Part shown: positions 61,480-64,000 of the stretch, in pieces | How the letters are laid out: every line of letters starts with the position of its first letter | Position numbering within the stretch: position 1 is the stretch's first letter | Source of the DNA: Geosiphon pyriformis uo1 | Taxonomy: Eukaryota > Fungi > Glomeromycota | Length of the DNA: 64,000 bases | Reading direction: 5' to 3' | Assembly: GCA_016748015.1 (NCBI GenBank) | Contig: JAAOMT010000128.1 | Coordinates: 565,538 to 629,537, forward strand | Program-made: the position numbers and the translations under genes | The notes under the pieces: generated by a model | What the model saw: the letters and a program-made list of their open reading frames with translations, nothing else | Database searches by the model: none | Told to the model about the DNA's origin: nothing

Positions 61480-63855
61480 GAGTTTAAGTTCTTGAGTTTC
61501 CCAGTTCAGGTTTGTATTGGCCTTGAGAAGCCAATTATTTCTGACTAGAGCTTGATATTAGAATGCATTCATAATAAGAACTTTAACTAGAATGGTGATT
61601 CCATCAATTGTAAAGGGGAAATTATCAATTTCTCTTACTGGAGTCTTCTTCATACTATCAGCTGTGACAATAACTGTTTGAGCTGGTCTGTCTACATTTT
61701 GTTTGAGTTGTTGCATCAGCTGGTAAGTGATGATACTTCCAGCCAATCCACTATCTAAGATTAAGCAAATGGGTTTTCCTTTTACTGTAGCTTCTGTGTA
61801 CATAGCAGTAATTGCTTTCTGTTCATTGACTGCTGCATTACTAAGCAAAAATGGTGATTCATTTGCTTCAAATTCAAATGAAAATATATCTGACAGATTG
61901 GCATTTTGGGCAATTTGAGCTGATGGAATGATGTGGTTGGAAGGGTTTGATCTTGGTGTTACAACTTCACCTTCAGAAAGTGCAGTTTGTTGAAAATCCG
62001 ATTCCTTTAGTATTGTAAGATAACTGAGTTGAGTGTGATAGTGATTGGGTCTATGCTGACCAGAATTTCGGGGAACCAACTGGTTATTTGGATTGATTCT
62101 GTTGTTTTTACTCTGCAATTGATTTTGGGATGTGAATTGATTATGTTGAACCAATCTTTTTGCTGGTACTTGATATTGTTGAGTGGGTGGTGTCTGATAT
62201 GGCTGAATTGGTAAAGGTTGCTGATATTGTTGCTGCATTGGTTGTGGAGCTGATGAATAGTAACTGTTTTGATTTTGTGGTCTTGGTGAATAATAGGTTG
62301 GTAGTGGAGATTGGTAATAGGATTGTTGTGGTGAAGAGTAACGTTGATTACTCCTGTTTTGTTGGTCTCTTTGTAATTTCCTACAATCTCATTTCCAGTG
62401 TCCTGGAATTTCACAATAATAACAATTTTGAGGTTGGTTTTTGGATGGTGATCCAAAATTGTTTTGGTTGTGTCATTGTGGGGGTTGATACCTTTGTGAT
62501 TGTTGTTGCTGTTGTTGTTGGTTTGTGAAGTAGCTTTCAACTTTTTTTGTGAGTTGGTCTATCTTTTCTTCAGCTGTTGAGCTGGTTTCTCCAATTGCAA
62601 GGTTTACAAGCTTGATGTGATTTGCTTCTTCCATTGCCATTTCATAGCTCTTTACATGTTTAATAGCAGTTGCTAAGTCTGCTGGAGCATGTGGACAGAC
62701 TTTTTTAATCAGTTTGTCTTTTAACTCTGCTATAAACTGATCCAGAATTTGAGCATCAAAATAGTAGTCATTGGTTTCCAATTGTTGGATTCGTCTGAGA
62801 AGTTTGTTAAATCTTCCAAGATAGGTTATAACAGTTTCAGATGTTTCTTGTTTAATATTGTGAAAGTGGTTTCTGAGAGTGATAGAGGTATTGTTGTCAG
62901 TAAATTGTTATAGAAAAGCATCTTTGAATGTTTGCCAGTTTTCAAATAGTTCTTCTAAATTTTCAAACCATTTTCCTGCTGTTCTTTGGAAAAAGTAGGG
63001 AATTGCTTTGAGCATTCTTGCTGCAATCCAACCATTTGCATTTCCTGCTTTTTGAACTTTGTCAAGTCATTCTTGAGGACTGGTATCATTGTCTTCACCA
63101 GTGAATTCTGGGATTTTTGCAATGTAAGCAGTTGCCATTTCTTCTTTGTTTTCTGTAATTTCTTTTGGTTCTGATTCAGTTTCTTCACTTTCCAAGCTTT
63201 CTAAATGATTACTTTCGTTTTCCTGTAAGTAATCAATGATATTGGCACTTGTTGATATTGGTTCCTGCTGTTGGGTAGGGTTTCTAAGTAACTGAAAATC
63301 TTCTGGTCTGGAGAAGCGGTTGAGTGGTGAATTTGGTGTTTGTGGTTGAACAAGTAAAATTGGAAATAGTGTAATAGAAAGTGGTAATTTGACACTGGTT
63401 TCTTGTTTAGATGTTCGCAAGTGTTTGGCAGTTGTCTTTTGTAGTGTTAGAGTGTTTGGAGTGGTTCTTGAGTATTGCTTCAATCTTTGTTTGCCTTTGT
63501 TGCTTGTTTCTGTCTCTGATTCAAAGTCAAAAAAGTATTTAGACTGTACTGAGTATTTTTTTTCACAATACACAATAATGTTAAAATTAAATTCTTGGAG
63601 GTAGGTAGCAAGTGTTTCACTGTTTAGGTTTTCTGTTTTCAATTGTGAATAGTGCACTAAATTATTGTAGAGATTGCTTCTAACTTCTAAAATGTTGTAG
63701 TTTCCAAAAAGATAATTGTTGATGTGGTTTTTAATGTATTGGTATACTGATTTCTTGACAACTTCAATTTCGTCTGAAATGTTGAATCTTTGCTTGCAGT
63801 GGGTGTAAATTAACTGGTAATACTCTAGAGTTGCTGTGTCTGGTGTGGTTACCAC
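61480..63855 (-). pseudogene. gag: C2 gag and protease
   Basis: AYIAKIPEFTGED, CCHC remnant, CLILDSGLAGSII; Q-rich gag tail is continuous with PR. Confidence 0.88.
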
Positions 63856-64000
63856 TTTGAATTTGTTGTTGCTGTGTTATTTCCATGGGAGAGCACCAAA
63901 TGTTACCAGAGGTTTTTGGGTCTCTTTTCTTAAATGTTGGTAATGTTGATTTGCTGTGAATTCACGTTCTCAGGAAGTAGTTGAACCTCCAGTAACTGAA

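Larger units (their letters stand above)
55396..64000 (-). mobile_element. Family C copy C2 (5' LTR runs off the window; N gap 57216-57665)
   Basis: 3' LTR 55396-56369, ORF-X, IN, RT-RH, dUTPase, PR, gag, PBS 63883-63898, 5' LTR from 63901. Confidence 0.93.

Overview
This is an AT-rich, CpG-poor eukaryotic window with no recognisable host gene. The repeat families resemble those I recall from Glomeromycotina fungi such as Geosiphon, but I could not verify this. It is a nested stack of retroelements. Three Ty3/Gypsy LTR families are present: family A (5 copies, a solo LTR and an LTR fragment), family C (2 near-full copies carrying dUTPase) and family B (2 internally deleted non-autonomous copies). 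Part of the stack sits inside an ORF1-only, poly(A)-tailed LINE derivative (family D, 2 copies). The LTR families share an unusual layout: gag, then PR-[Cys-rich domain]-[dUTPase]-RT-RNaseH ending in a stop, then a separately initiated integrase ORF, then a conserved unknown ~220-240 aa ORF-X that runs up to or through the PPT. Family A joins gag to pol through a U-UUA-AAC -1 frameshift site. All copies are degraded mostly by C>T/G>A transitions. Two assembly artefacts are visible: a Nextera/Tn5 adapter at 48370-48388 and a duplication around the N gap at 25640-25659.
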